Of a stretch of 64,000 nt of DNA, positions 35,151-47,413 are shown in pieces (position 1 is the first letter of the stretch; each line of letters starts with the position of its first letter). Below the pieces are notes generated by a model. It saw only the letters and a program-made list of their open reading frames with translations. It was not told where the DNA came from and searched no databases. Source of the stretch: Octopus sinensis. Lineage: Eukaryota. The position numbers were made by a program, and so were the translations under genes. The stretch is from assembly GCF_006345805.1 (NCBI RefSeq), contig NC_043004.1, positions 106,702,001 through 106,766,000 of the forward strand, in the 5' to 3' direction.

Positions 35151-35786
35151 ATATCACCCTCTTTATCTCAGTCTTTCTGCCTCTCTCTATCCCTCTCTTT
35201 GTATGTGTTGTGTGAGCATATTTCCCTATTCGCATGAGAAAAGGGGAAGTGTTTATGTTAATCGTGTTCAATTAATAAATTATGAAGCATATTTCCTCGC
35301 GTGCGTTCGCACGTGTGCGCGTGCATGTGTGTGTGCGCGCGCGCGCGTACTGTTCCGTAATTGGTGGGATTAATCAAAAGTACTCCATCCAATGAAAGAT
35401 AAATATCATTTGATATACACCTCAATGAAATGCGAGCCACTAGAGGCCTCATGCCCCTAACAAAGCAATAGTCGGATGAGCTTGTATAGTGTTCTATATA
35501 CTCACGGGCAATCATTTAGCCTCAAACTACACCAAGGCTGCTCTCTGACAAAAAGTGAGAAAGAAGGAGAGGAAACAAGTAAATGAAAAAGGGAAATGAC
35601 GAAAATAAACTTGGAAGCCAGAGCGTATAACAGTTGTGTCCCTTTTGCCTTTTAGAATGGGATAATGGTCGGTGTGATTAATTCGACGGAGAAGGGCTAA
35701 AATGTGTGAGAGTGTATGCTTAATCCAGGGAGGGTGGTGTCCTCCCGTTCGATATTAAAAACTTATCCACAAGTTTGCATTTAGTG

Positions 35787-35953
35787 AAATTTAAAGTAGA
35801 GATTTTAAAAGGATACACGCTCTTTCAACTAATTTATAGAGATTTTAAAAGGATACACGCTCTTTCAACTAATTTATAGAGATTTAAAAAGGATACACAC
35901 TCTTTCAACAAATTTAAAGTGAAGATTTAGAAAGGATACAAGCTCTTTCAACA
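35787..35953. repeat. 38-bp minisatellite, ~4 copies
   Basis: gagattttaaaaggatacacgctctttcaactaatttata repeated. Confidence 0.9.
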
Positions 35954-36254
35954 ATACAAACCGTTAGCCCGTTGACATATGATGTGGGTTGCTCTACGAT
36001 GCTCTCCTTGATCATGTGCGGACATTTTTGGCCTTCAGGTCCCAGTGTTTTTCTTCGTGCTCATATGTCAGAAAGAAAACTGGTGGTTAGTATATATATT
36101 TTTAAACCAGTTTCACATAAAATTATATACATTTGAGCTTCGTTAACTTATTGAAGTGGTGACCTCAGTTTCCTATTCCACTGATCGAACCATGCATTCC
36201 TGGTTGAGTGGGCAAATGTCTAGGTTTCTACAGTTTCATTTTGGAGTATAGGCC

Positions 36255-36660
36255 TAATGTGACTTACCTGTAAGAATATTTTTCATGTTGGGGCAGCAGC
36301 TATAATAGTCTTTCTCTGAACAGCTATTAAAATGTTTCTTATTCCAATGGCTATCCGAAAAATGCTTATCTATCAAGGCAAGGAATTTTCTGTCTATATT
36401 TACCTTAACATTTAAGAAGAACTCGAAGGGATCGAACCATATAATCTTTCTATGCCTATTTTTATGTTTCGTACATTTATGGTAGGTGGGGTAAGCAATC
36501 TTCACTTTGAAGCCTTTATTAGTCAGGGTGTTATTATAGTAGGGGGCTGCCTTATCGTATATTTCCTTAAAGAAGGAGAGATTAGATACCCTATTACTGA
36601 TATAAACTATGCTATAGGAGTTGATATAACTGTTTATGGATATACGTAAACAGCCTTAGG
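36255..36660 (-). mobile_element. PLE RT thumb/linker relic
   Basis: NRVSNLS..DKAAPYYNNTL..NRHRKIIWFDPF..NVKVNIDRKFLALIDKHF..YSCCPNMKNI. Confidence 0.8.
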
Positions 36661-36679
36661 AATGTTATATAGTTCGCTT

Positions 36680-36830
36680 CTACCTTTCTCCTTAAATGTT
36701 GAAACAAGCATCCATTGAAAATCCCTTGCTTTGATATATGAGCATTTCTCGGATAGCCATAGGTATAAAAAACGTTTTTAATTGACATTCATTGAAAGCT
36801 TTTGTTTACAGTTGCTGTTCCGACATGAAA
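36680..36830 (+). mobile_element. Second, oppositely oriented copy of the same PLE segment
   Basis: FSLNVETSI..LALIYEHFSDSHRYKKRFN; aligns with the reverse complement of ~36290-36415. Confidence 0.7.
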
Positions 36831-37582
36831 GGTACTATTAGACTTAAGTAAACACCAGGTGCCTAATCCAAAATGTAACTGTGAGACCCAGACACTTGCC
36901 CATTCTACCAGGCATGCATGGTTAGCTCAGTGGTTTATGAAGCTGAGATCATATCAGTTCTTCAAAATAGCAAAATTCAAAAGAAAAAAGTATATTATTG
37001 TATGTGAATGTAATCATTTATAGCCTAGGTAATTTGCATAATTTAAACAAGAACGAGCCGAGAGAAATAAGTCAGTGGTCAGGGGTTTGTATTTGACTAT
37101 CGTAGACAAATACAGCTATGTCAGGCTATACGACTCGTTAATATCAACTCGCTTAATAATATGCTTCAAACACTATATCACAAACGTTTTATTTTCTATT
37201 TGCCTTTTCGAGTAAGATTTAGTGTTGTTTTCTCATTTTAAATAGCAAATCACACGCCACTCTGTCTGGAAATCTCTAGAAAAACCCACCATTCATCCTT
37301 TGAGATCTCAGCTGTATATCAACCCACAACTTCCGAACTGAATATGCTACCCTCTCCACAAAACATTTATCATATTTACATTGGATGGACATTTACATTG
37401 GACGTCTTCTTTGTTGTTACCATATAATCTTTCTAAATGTTTCATGGGGTAAGCTGGTGGAATTTCGAACCCAACTCCTTATTTGACTATTGAGATATTC
37501 TGTTCTCATTCTTAACGTATTTTTTGCTGATGCTATTATTTATTCAAGTTACTGACTGGGACTGAACTCAGAATCTTGGACA

Positions 37583-37661
37583 GGATCGCCTATATTCAGT
37601 CCACTGCCGGACGAAGGCCTCCGCATGTTCTCGCCATCAACCACGAACCGATGTGGAGGCC
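37583..37661 (-). mobile_element. 3' end of an RTE-type SINE/LINE (short copy)
   Basis: Reverse complement of 38417-38496; ggaggccttcgtccggcagtggactgaatatagg resembles RTE 3' termini (from memory). Confidence 0.55.
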
Positions 37662-37779
37662 GCGCTCTAAACCACTACGCTATATGCCGGTGAGCAACTA
37701 TAGAGTGAATTTTTGGGCTTATAAACCTATTATTTTTGTATCTTTCCTTAATACCGGTTCCCATATTCTACTCATTCTG

Positions 37780-37975
37780 CACCGGGTCTGCTTAGGAGGT
37801 TATTGTGTCCTAGTATATAAAGGGTTGCGTTGGAAATTCTACCACAACACCTGATGAAGACTGGAGAGTACATCAGCTGGAACACTGTGATAACAAACAA
37901 GATGAGAACACCTATCCGTCCAATGTAGATATTGTACATAACTCCTCACCTCTAAAATGTAGAACAGTAAAACAT
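37780..37975 (+). mobile_element. PLE pseudo-LTR-like repeat with decayed hammerhead
   Basis: tatataaaggg..cacaacac CTGATGA A gactg gagagtacat cagct ggaac act gtg. Confidence 0.65.
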
Positions 37976-38309
37976 TTACCGTCTGCAGCTCCTGCATTTT
38001 CCTTATAGACAAACTCACCTCACTGGTTTTATCCTGTAATAGCTTCTGTTGTCCTGTAATTACATTCGGTTTTGTTGATGTTGTTCTGCATGGTCCTAGA
38101 AGTATATTTATTAAATTTCCGGTGTTTTTCATACATATTTATTTAAACATGACAGGTTTTTATTAAATAATACATGCTACATGGTGCTGGTTGGCATGTG
38201 TTTATTTCTATTAGATTTAAGATATTAATTGTTATTCTTGAGTTATATTTGATTGTAAATTTTTAACTGAATGTTGGGTTAAACCAGATTATGTTACATA
38301 ATCGAATTA

Positions 38310-38500
38310 ACTACTCCAGGGCATGAGCATAAAGAAATGCACCCCTCTGCCAACCCATGCGAGCCAGTTTGGCAGAGTAAGCTCATCAAACCAGTTTGAT
38401 CCCAAACTCAAATTCACGGCCTCCACATCGGTTCATGGTTGATGGCGAGAACATGCGGAGGCCTTCGTCCGGCATTGGACTGAATATAAGCTATCCAATC
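38310..38500 (+). mobile_element. RTE-type SINE/LINE 3' end (longer copy) with internal hairpins
   Basis: ctctgccaac..tttggcagag and ggcctccacat..atgcggaggcc stems; inverted match to 37583-37661. Confidence 0.55.
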
Positions 38501-38886
38501 TAATGTTACATTTTATACGTTTGTTATGTTCATGCTTTCGCTTAGGAAAGATTTGTTTTTATTCCCGCTTTTTTCCAATTTATTATTGTCATAAGCAGCT
38601 GATTTGTAGAAAGGATCCCACTTTGGGGGGACATATTAAATATCCTTCAATTGATATTGCGAACTACACCTCAGGTAATTCGAATAAACATTTATGTACA
38701 TAAACTTGGCTTACTATCTCTCTCTCTCTCTCTCTCTCCCTCTCTCTCTCTCTCTCACTCACTCACTCTCATACATACGTACATAAATACAGACAGACAG
38801 ACAGATATTAACAGGCTGTGATTTAGATTTTATTTTCGAAGCATTCAGCATAATTAACATTTTTTTGTATTGCAAAGAACTTGCAA

Positions 38887-39518
38887 ATGTGTGTGTGTGT
38901 GTATGTGTGTTTGTGTGTGTACAAAAGGTATAAGTCTGTAAAAGTATGTGTGAGTGTGTGTGTGTGTGTGCACAGGAATAAGATACTAAGAGTGAGTGAG
39001 AAGGAAGGGAAAGAGAGGGCGAGGAAGAGAGGAAGAGAGAGAGAGAGAGAGAGAAATAGAGAAAACAAGAGTAGAGCCTTGCGTGTTTTGAACTTGCAAC
39101 CTACAGAAGCGAAACTAAATACTGGAATACGATCTACTGTCGAGCGATTTACTGCCACACAGACAATCCCTATGAATTTAGAGATAATATGTGTGTGTGC
39201 GTGTGTGTGTGTGTGTGTGTGTTGTGTATGTGTGTTTGTGTGTGTACAAAAGGTATAAGTCTGTAAAAGTATGTGTGAGTGTGTGTGTGTGTGTGCACAG
39301 GAATAAGATACTAAGAGTGAGTGAGAAGGAAGGGAAAGAGAGGGCGAGGAAGAGAGGAAGAGAGAGAGAGAGAGAGAGAAATAGAGAAAACAAGAGTAGA
39401 GCCTTGCGTGTTTTGAACTTGCAACCTACAGAAGCGAAACTAAATACTGGAATACGATCTACTGTCGAGCGATTTACTGCCACACAGACAATCCCTATGA
39501 ATTTAGAGATAATATGTG

Positions 39519-39536
<18 letters not shown>
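38887..39536. repeat. 325-bp tandem duplication bounded by (TG)n
   Basis: Identical minus-strand ORF starts at 39158 and 39483; the unique portions read identically. Confidence 0.93.
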
Positions 39537-39564
<28 letters not shown>

Positions 39565-39899
39565 GTGTGGTGTGTATTAATGTTTACACATCAAAATGTA
39601 TATTATTTATATGTGCGTGTGTATGTGCGTGTACACAAACACGCGCGCATAAAAATATACATACATATATATGTGTATATATGCTTGTATGTATATATTT
39701 TCACATACATATATATATATGTATATATCTGTGTATGTGTGTGTATATGCATAAAATAAAAGTAGGTGAGGATGAAAGAGCAGCGTTAAAGTTAAGACAC
39801 AACATGGAAATGTAAATCCGTTTTGAGCAAGAAAAATGGAGACGGGATGGAGAGTATAATATGACATGAGGAGAGTGAAGAGAAGGCGAGAAGGCGATA

Positions 39900-39951
39900 A
39901 AGAATGAGGAGAGAGAGTGAGAAAGAGAGAGAGAGAGAGGGAAATAGTGGT

Positions 39952-40016
<65 letters not shown>

Positions 40017-40114
40017 CGCCCAAGACAACGATATGTGATGTGAACAACATCAAAAGCAGAAAAAGTACGTCTGAAATACAAGATGAATAAGAGAGGGTGA
40101 GAAAGGGGAAATAA

Positions 40115-40189
<75 letters not shown>

Positions 40190-40210
40190 TACACACACAC
40201 ACACAAACAT
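39900..40210. repeat. (GA)n and (CA)n microsatellites
   Basis: Direct reading. Confidence 0.9.
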
Positions 40211-40619
40211 AAACAACATAAACACATTAAATTAAAAGGGAAACATTGTATATTGTATATTATACATTTGAAGAAACTTTTGTTTATTTGTTGCCACAGA
40301 ATGTTTTATTGTTGACATTCTTTAAGGTGACCATTTGTATTCGAAAGGACCGCTCCCTTCATTGCTAAATAATACCTGTTCGACGACTGGCCAAAGAAGC
40401 AAGCAGACGATAATCTGACATTTGCGTCTTCCTATGAGAAACTCTCAGCCGTTGTTATTGTGCAAATGAAGGGCGGTGAAATTCGACGCGGTAATGTTAG
40501 ATTTGGTCTGATATTTTAGTTCGATAACTCTCATTATGACTTCAAATTTTACTAAATTCAAGTTTACTTTCATCGCACAGGGGTTCATCAATTATCGAAT
40601 GTAATGAGCAGTTAAAATA

Positions 40620-40860
40620 GTAGCCAAATGGCTCTCGAATATAAGAACACTGCCGTTTTTGAATATGTTGAATATCTTATTCCTAGAAGAACTATATCGG
40701 AATGAAAGATAAGGTAGTCACGACTAGATCGGTCTTGGTCATAGGTTTGTAGTGTTATAGCTGACTTTTGGCTGAATGAGAACAATGGTCTATATTTTGT
40801 CTCACCTATACTGGCCACTGTCCATGACAGACAAAACACTTGATTATCAAAGACAGAGTC
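40620..40860 (-). mobile_element. Possible degenerate PLE GIY-YIG relic
   Basis: VFCLSWTVAS-IGETKYRPL ~ V(Y)C..C...YIGET.R.L; later FHSDIVLLGI. Confidence 0.4.
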
Positions 40861-41477
40861 GATAAAGTTCAAAATATATACCCGTGAATGGACAGTGGTG
40901 TGAAGAAGCGTCATGAAATTAACAGGTGATTCGTTAACTTGTAGTACTGAGTTTAAAATGCTGTTGCAGGAAATGGGAAAATTACCTGCGCCCGACTAGC
41001 TTTCTATTCAAGTGCGGTTTTGCTTCTCATGTGGTTTTGTTTCTCATCTACTTTATACTACAGCTACTGGATACTGGAACTAAATATTGTGTTTCCTAAT
41101 GAGAGCCATAGATGACCTGGTCGATTGAGTAGCAAACAACCAGCCGACTTATTCGTATCTTGTCGTTACCGCTGCATTGTTACGTTCACTACGTCTACTT
41201 AGCTTCTGATGGCTCAGTCGAAAATATTGTGCGCCGATATTGCTAGAACTCTCTTTTTCTCTTTCTTATCCTTTCTCATCTTCTTTCTCTCTCCCTCTCC
41301 CTCTATCTGTTCGTCCCATCGAACTCCTTAACAAACGACATTGTCTTTTTTTCAGAAAAGGAACGAATTAGCGAGGATGTAGGCTAACTCTAGAATGCAT
41401 TATTTGAGGCTGATGAGAGGAAACTCTCGAGATTAGTTGCTTTGTTGGGTTGAATCAATCAATATGTTATGGTATTA

Positions 41478-41708
41478 AGGCGTCGAGCTGGCAGAATCGT
41501 TAGCATGCCGGGTGAAATGCTTAGCGGTATTTCGTCTGCCGTTACGTTCTGAGTTCAAATTCCGCCGAGGTCGACTTTGCCTTTCATCCTTTCGGGGTCG
41601 ATAAATTAAGTACCAGTTACGCACTGGGGTCGATGTAATCGACTTAATCCGTTTGTCTGTCCTTGTTTGTCCCCTCTGTACGTAGCCCCTTGTGGGCAGT
41701 AAAGAAAT
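41478..41708 (+). mobile_element. SINE family A, full length, tail type 1
   Basis: ggcgtcgagctggcagaatcgttagc..gtcgataaattaagtaccag..ccccttgtgggcagtaaagaaat. Confidence 0.92.
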
Positions 41709-41899
41709 CAGAAACGTTAGCACGCCGGGCGAAATGTTTATCGGTATTTCGTCTTTCTTTACGTTCTGAGTTCAAATTCCACCGAGGTTGACTTTGCCTT
41801 TCATCCTTTCGGGGTCGATAAATAATTACCAGATGCGTACTGGGGTAGGCTGGCTCCCTCCCCAAAAATGTTGGGCCTTGTGCCTAGAGTAGAAAAGAA
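41709..41899 (+). mobile_element. SINE family A, tail type 2, head-to-tail with the previous copy
   Basis: Same head and core, different tail (ctccctccccaaaaatgttgggccttgtgcctagagtagaaaagaat). Confidence 0.88.
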
Positions 41900-41999
41900 T
41901 ATGTGATGATATGACTGACAGTGGTTACAGACGGTCAGTTAGAAAGAATTGTATTGTGTGCATGTAGCCTGAGATTGGAAGCAAAACAAAATTGTAAGT

Positions 42000-42300
42000 G
42001 TGGGCGCTTAATTTTCCACAGGGCTGTAACAAACCAAAACATTCTTGATTTAGCAGTGTTGGTTAGGATGATAATGCAAAGTGGTTAAGATAGGAAAATA
42101 TTCCAGATTATGTGATGCATCAATGCATGCTTCGCTTTTCTCAAAGTTGCCTCGCAGGCATTGCGATGGTCAGCGAAATTCTCTTAATGGTAATGGGGGG
42201 GGTTCTACGATATGTATGTACTACGGATATGTATGAACCTGCTAAGGGTTTTGTGTAATGGAATTTGGTTTAGTGAGAGATGTCCTATAAGATATCTTTG
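42000..42300 (-). mobile_element. Possible PLE thumb relic (same old element as 40620-40860)
   Basis: IKRISL.. and LHYHPN..IKNVL resemble the PLE RRICS / LTYHP motifs; heavily decayed. Confidence 0.35.
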
Positions 42301-43917
42301 GAGATGATTTGGAGCACTAGATTAGCTGTTGCAGATAGGTTAAAAGTGAAGCACATTTACTGCTGAGAGGTTGTAAAGATACTTCTAGCTGAATGTGTAT
42401 GTTTGCGTGTAAATGTTAAAATTAAGGTTATTGTTTTAAAACAAGTTTAAGGAAAACGACGGAACATCTACTGACAGGATGTCTCAATATAAAAAGCAGA
42501 GTCAAATTTATTATAAATTGCAAATTGAAAATCATGCATATATTTTTGCTATTATCTTAAATTGTCGTGTGTCCAAATTTGACCAAATGCGTTTTTTTTT
42601 TTTCAATATTTAATCTTGCTTACAATAGCCGGTCCTTTTGGTCAAACTATCATATCTCCAGCTGCTTCAGATGCCAAGATATGAAAATTGTCAAAGTGTA
42701 GCACAACGGTTTATCATTTTTTTTAAAGTGCAGTCAGTCCCACATACGACAGCTTTGTAAAAATATTTCTGACTGAAAATATCATACATGCATGGAGTTG
42801 CGATTTCTTGTACCCAACAATATATTATTGTTAAGGTGAAACTGTTGCGAATGTAAAAAGAAATGCAATGGTGAAACTATTTTTACGTTTTCTGAAAAGG
42901 CAACATTTTGGACTTACGACACTTTTGCATAATAGTAACGAATGTATGCATGAAAATTTGGATTAGTATATACGTAACTTGTGTGTACAGTTAGATGTAC
43001 TACTACTACTACCACTACTACTACTAGTGTATGAGTTAAAGCTCCACGAAGATGATCATTATCCAATCGGCTTCCACTACAGTGATTAGTTTACCATTGT
43101 ACTTAGTAGAGTTAATAGTTACAATATACAGAGCGTGTTGTGGAAATTAAGATAAACCCTAAATGAATATTTAAATGCTACTCATACTGGTGTCTATTTT
43201 GATTTCCACTAAGGATATACATACATACAAAATGATAGCAACGACCACAGACACGTGAATGTCGAGCACCGTTTAGAAATGTGTTGGAATGTTTCTTTCT
43301 ACAAAATCGACATCGATTCTTAAGTGGCTTCTTTTAATTGTCATCATTAAGAGAAACATCTTTTCTTCAATAATGCGGCGTTATTCAGACGGAATCATAA
43401 AAATACTTTCCATCGAAGAGGATTTTTAAATTTACGAACATTATTATCATTGATAAAGCCGGTACTGATCCCGAAAGTACTACTATCCCTAATGGCGCAG
43501 CCAAATCATTTCCTTTCTATTAATCTTTATATTTCAATCAAAATTTTCAAAACGGTAGGATTTACTGACAATCTGTAAGCAGAACAACAAAAATGTGCAA
43601 GACTTTTCCAAAAATTTCAACATATAACTCTTCAAATGTTGCTGTTGTTTAATTCTAACGATAGAGTTATATTTATTTTGTTTTGTTTTTGCTTTTCTTG
43701 GGGGAGGGGTACTTTTTGTTGTTGTTTTTGTGGGGAGTGCTAGAAATCAGTTCCTTCTTCATGTCAAATAATTGAAACATAAGATCGCTTAAGTTCAAAC
43801 ATTTTAGCAGACAGATCTTACTTGCACCGGTTAATTCTGTGAGAACGAACAGCAACCTGTTGTTAAATGTCTCACAGGGTCTCTCAGGATCTCTTTCCAC
43901 GAATTATAAGATTTGGT

Positions 43918-45932
43918 ATTATTATTATTATTCTATGTTTGACTTTTGCTTTATGTCTGTACAAGTTGGCTCCAAGTCTCACCCAGAGACCTCAAGAGAC
44001 AACAGGTTGGAAGTTCTGTGCCATATATTTGGTTTTTTTTTTTTTTTTTTGGTTGTTGTACTAGTGAATGTCTAATACATAAAAAAAATAATAAATAAAA
44101 AGTTTGTTTTAAACCTTGGGATTACATAGAGAGTATTTTGCGTAGGATATGAGCAGTTCCCATGAGCACTATCTTTTGAATTTATGCCATTTTGGGGTTT
44201 CCTGGTATCTGAGTTAGGTAGCAATCAGTTCCTTTCGCTATCATTCCCAGGGCACCTATGACAACAGGTATTGTTTTAGTCTTCAGCTTCCACATTTTGC
44301 TGATTTCTATTCAAGATCTTTATATTTGCTCAGTTTTGGTAGGTCTTGACAGATACGTTTATATCGATTGGGACAGTCATATCAATGAGGAGGCATGTTC
44401 TTTGTCTGAAGTCTTTCAATATAATGTCTGGCCTATTTGCATCTATCTTCCTGTCAGTTTGAATGGTGAAGTTCCAGAGGAGTGAGATGTGGTCATTTTC
44501 AAGCACAGGAGGTGGATTGTGTTCCCCAGTTTTTTTCATGGGGCAATCCAGGTTTTTGCAAATTACCCAGTGAATATATTGTGCAGCTCTATCATGCCTA
44601 CTGAGGTACTCTGTAGGCGCTAGTAGAAGACTGCATTTGGAGACAACATGGTCAATGGTTCATTTTGTTGTCGGCATACACGACATGTTGGGCTACTGCC
44701 GTTCTTTAATATGTTGGCCTGGTAGTTTCTTGTAGGTAGGCATTGATCTTGTGCTGCTATGATAAACTCCTCTGTTTCAGATTTTAAGCCAGAGGCCATT
44801 AGCCATTGATGGGTCAGGGCTTTGTCGATATCTGCATTATTCGCTCTCTTTGGGTATTTGCCATAGAGAGGTTTTTCTTGCCATTTATTATTCAGAATAT
44901 TAAGGCCGCAGTTTTTGGCACGGGTTTTCATGCGCCTAGCTTTTTCTGTGCTTGTTTCTTGTATATCTATCTCTAATTCCGAAATTGGTTGTATTCGGAA
45001 TTCACTTAGATATTCCTTTGCCTGTTTTGTGACTGAGTATGATGCTTTCTTGTTTTCATGTTTTGAGACAAGTTTTAACATCCAGTCCTCAGAGTTTTTC
45101 AGGTAGGTGTCTAGGCCAATTGTAGCAATCTTCATTGTTATTGCCAGTTGCAAAAGACCACGGCATCCCTCTTTTCTTGGTAGATAGAGTCGTTCTGTAT
45201 CTGCCTTAGGGTGGTGCATTCTATGCATTGTCAACAGTTTCCTTATTTTTCTGTCGAGCTGACATATTTCAGTAATTGACCAGTTAACAATATTGAAACT
45301 GTAAGTCACGACTGGTATGGCTAATGCATTGATCGCTTCGATCCTGTTTCTTGCATTCAGCTCTGTCTTGAGTATTGCTCTCACTCTCTCGATAGCATTC
45401 TCTCCTGATCCTTTCCTTCATCTCTGAATGCCTTATCCGTTCCCTTCAATTATCCCTAGGTACTTGTAGCTCTCCGCTGGGTCTAGTTCTTTTATGACAT
45501 TCTGTTGGTCAAGGTTAACGTTAGATGTTTCTGTCTGTCATTTTTCCTTTGATAAAGGTAGCCTTTGCACATTTATCGAGGCCGAATTGCATTCTGATGT
45601 CGTCACTGAATTGTTTGACTATCGCTAGTAAGCCCTTGAGTGTTCGTCATTTTTTGCAAAAAGCTTTAAATCATCCATGTAACGAGATGATTTATATTTT
45701 TATCAAACATTTTATACCCGTACTGCGCGTCATTGAGCAGCTTTGAGAGAGGTATTAAGGATAAACAAAGAGGAGTGGTGACAGTGAGTCACCCTGGAAA
45801 ATGCCACACGAAATTTTTACATCACCAACATTTAGGGATTCATTGTCACTGTTCAGAGTTAGTGTGGTTCTCCATGATCTCATGCTTACAGTCAAGAAGT
45901 TTCGCAGAGTAGGTGCTATCTTATACATTTCC
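43918..45932 (-). mobile_element. 5'-truncated R4-clade (Dong-like) non-LTR retrotransposon with restriction-like endonuclease
   Basis: GIFQGDSLSPLLF, YMDDLKLFAKND, HPKADTERLYLPRKEG, LKSETE.FIIAAQDQ, CRVC zinc knuckle, LLWNFTIQTD..NRPDII..LIDMTVP, GTAHILRK*; (AAT)n on both flanks. Confidence 0.93.
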
Positions 45933-45953
45933 ATTATTATTATTATTATTATT

Positions 45954-46492
45954 GAGTGAGAGAGCATTCAGCCCTCAAAGTGACACTGGGGTAAAATTAC
46001 GAAGCCCAATATACCCATCATGACTACCCGTCTGATAAAGGTACACCAGGCACATGCATCACCCATATGTGCGCGACATGGTGATCTCATATCAAGATAA
46101 ACAGCACATGACCTTGCAGGTGGGGCCCAGTTAGAATTTTCTTCAGGTTGAGTAGCCCATCCCGCTCAAACGGTCCCTGAATAAGGGTTGTTTAAGGATG
46201 TTGAAAGAACCACCCATGTTTCCAGAGGTGAACTATTCAACCCCAAAGAACCCTCTCAACACATGGCTATGATGCTCCCCCACTACTTCTGCTCGTGATT
46301 AGAGATGCACATATCTTCAGCCACTAAGGGACATTCCAACTGGTTAAGGTCAAACACTGACAAGCAAATCTGGTATTGAGCAGAATATTTGCGTACCCAT
46401 CTTTTATACCAGACACCAATGTACATGATAACACTTACAATCAGTTAAGATCAGAACCATGAGAGCTACTGCCTGGTACTGCATCAGGCATT
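45954..46492 (-). mobile_element. ~540-bp non-coding repeat (element C) between (TAA)n arrays
   Basis: Homologous along its whole length to 49251-49811 in the opposite orientation. Confidence 0.9.
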
Positions 46493-46494
46493 TA

Positions 46495-46560
<66 letters not shown>

Positions 46561-46568
46561 CATTATTT

Positions 46569-46945
46569 GATGAAAACTCTCAGCTTATTTTGCTGGGTAT
46601 GATGGAAAGTGACAGCTGTCCACATTCAGCAGACCAAGGTGACACTTGTTCACTGGTCATGCTTCAAGAACCTTGTGAAGAATTCTTGCAGTTCTCAAAT
46701 AATGCTGATTTTTGTAGGTTTTCTACCTATACATTTGTGCCAATCTTTTTGAGCCATGTTGGTAGTTGAGTGCTGATACTTCCAAGCGTACCAATTACTA
46801 TTGGCATCACATCTACTGTCCTCGTTGACCACAACTTTCGTATTTTCCATTTCAACTCGTCGTAATTGTTCAGTTTTCTTCTTTCTCTTTGGTCCTGTTG
46901 TAACCGGGACATGCTATGTCGATTCGCCTTGAGGTTTGGTGAAAA
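46569..46945 (-). mobile_element. R4/Dong-like 3' fragment with (ATA)n tail
   Basis: RKLNNYDELKWKIRKLWSTRTVDVMPIVIGTLG..NLQKSAL; tail joins (att)n at 46493-46568. Confidence 0.85.
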
Positions 46946-47275
46946 CAAGTCTCCTCAAATCTCAAGAGCCTCTCTTAGGATTCTTGCAGAATATAGGTTG
47001 ATAATACGGATCTCAATTCCAATATTCTTCAATACTGGTGTAGTTAGTAGAACTGGCTCCAACTACACCAATTACCAATGGACTAATTGCTATCTTAGTT
47101 TTCCACAATCTCTTCTTCTCTCTTTGGCTAGGTCCTGCTACTTTTCAGTTTTCACAATTTTTTTATTATCCGCTCTATTACCATATTATATTGCTCTACA
47201 TAGGTCTATGGTCGAATACTATTGCTATTGTTTAATCCAGTGACGGGGCATTGTGTATTTTTTTTTAACTAGAGG
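46946..47275 (-). mobile_element. Older R4/Dong-like 3' fragment
   Basis: K.QDLAKE..RLWKTK..PLVIG.VGA..ARILREALEI* recoverable with frameshifts. Confidence 0.6.
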
Positions 47276-47379
47276 CCAACTCCTTTCTCCATAGAAAGAA
47301 TTCAAATAATTAAAAACATAAGACAACGTACGTGCATACATTTTTGACATCTAGAAAATTATTATTATTATTATTATTA

Positions 47380-47413
<34 letters not shown>

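Noticed and set aside
35787-35953. CRISPR-like appearance of 38-bp repeats
   Set aside because: Head-to-tail units without unique spacers, in eukaryotic DNA: a minisatellite.
37583-38496. Twister ribozyme resemblance (aatgccgg..gtggagg; tactctgcc..ggcagaggg)
   Set aside because: The L4 GGUNNNAAGCCC loop and pseudoknot partners are absent; simple hairpins explain the pattern.
42480-42935. DNA-transposon-like fragment ending ggacttacgacacttt
   Set aside because: Only one possible end and no coding evidence.
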